Below are positions 23,883-24,451 of a DNA stretch of 24,451 nucleotides, piece by piece. Numbering within the stretch: position 1 is the first letter of the stretch; each line of letters begins with the position of its first letter. The notes beneath the pieces are model-generated. The model was not told the origin of the DNA and searched no databases. It worked only from the letters and a program-made list of their open reading frames with translations. The position numbers and the translations under genes were made by a program. Source of the stretch: Desulfobacteraceae bacterium (GTDB lineage: Bacteria; Desulfobacterota; DSM-4660; Desulfatiglandales; HGW-15); NCBI GenBank assembly GCA_046538465.1, contig JBKHIW010000001.1, positions 1 through 24,451 on the forward strand, read 5' to 3'.

Positions 23883-24451
23883 ATGACCGGCACATTGGAC
23901 CGCGCCGCTGACCTGATTGCAGAGGCGGAAAACGTCCTGGTCTTCACCGGCGCAGGGCTTAGCACGGAGTCCGGCATCCCTGATTTTCGCAGCCCCGGCG
24001 GCATATGGGACCGCTATGATCCTTCTGATTTTCAGTATCAGAAGATCGTATCCGACGAACGGGCCAGGGAAAAATATTGGCGGATGAGTACCGAATATTA
24101 TGAAGTCATGAAGAAGGCCAATCCAAACCCGGCCCACAAAGCCATAAAGACCTTGGAGGACATGGGAAAGCTCTTGGCCGTGGTAACCCAAAACATCGAT
24201 AATTTACACCAAAGGGCCGGCAATTCGCCTAAAAAAATAATTGAGATACATGGTACCGCATTCAGGGTGTCCTGTCTGGCATGCGGCAAGAGATATGAAA
24301 GAGAGGAGGTGGAGAAGCGGATACGCTCAGGCGTCAAGATCCCCTATTGCGACGATTGCGGCGGCATCTTGAAGCCGGATACGATTTCTTTCGGACAGGC
24401 CATGCCTGAACATGAGTTAAAGGAAGCCTTTAGGCTGGCGGAGAGCTGTGA
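23883..24451 (+). CDS. cobB: NAD-dependent protein deacylase (Sir2/sirtuin family); 3' end beyond the right edge
   Basis: Not in the ORF track. Translated by hand from ATG 23883: MTGTLDRAADLIAEAENVLVFTGAGLSTESGIPDFRSPGG...PNPAH...VTQNIDNLHQRAG...EIHG...CLAC...CDDCGGILKPDTISFGQ. Confidence 0.95.
   Translation, partial: MTGTLDRAADLIAEAENVLVFTGAGLSTESGIPDFRSPGGIWDRYDPSDFQYQKIVSDERAREKYWRMSTEYYEVMKKANPNPAHKAIKTLEDMGKLLAVVTQNIDNLHQRAGNSPKKIIEIHGTAFRVSCLACGKRYEREEVEKRIRSGVKIPYCDDCGGILKPDTISFGQAMPEHELKEAFRLAESC

Noticed and set aside
1-24451. CRISPR arrays, IS/transposase, integrase, prophage, tRNA or rRNA genes
   Set aside because: No regularly spaced repeats, transposase or recombinase motifs, cloverleaf or rRNA signatures were seen on either strand.

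Overview
A GC-rich chromosomal window, mostly housekeeping genes, whose gene content suggests an anaerobic Desulfobacterota/deltaproteobacterium (inference). I found no rRNA, tRNA, CRISPR array or mobile element. Left to right: (i) a minus-strand operon of a COG2187-like kinase, an AAA_33 P-loop kinase, nadK and miaB (runs off the left edge; a DUF4911-like domain is fused in frame to its N-terminus); (ii) divergent purine nucleoside phosphorylase + MtaD-type deaminase; (iii) a YkuE-like metallophosphoesterase; (iv) a RimK-like ATP-grasp ligase, a 1105-aa class A PBP with a large insertion and a helical lipoprotein; (v) a minus-strand block of PK_C-like protein, M29 aminopeptidase, RNase H-like exonuclease and dinB; (vi) a translationally coupled SsuABC/NitT-type ABC importer whose permease is fused in frame to an intact MqnP/UbiA prenyltransferase, followed by the UbiD-family decarboxylase MqnL; (vii) about 1.8 kb of deletion-riddled remnants (PLP threonine-synthase-like enzyme, unknown gene, creatininase, dipeptide epimerase); (viii) a divergent sirtuin (cobB) running off the right edge. 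The most striking signal is the ABC permease-prenyltransferase fusion, which suggests import-coupled salvage of a menaquinone precursor. All family assignments come from motif recognition by eye, not database searches.
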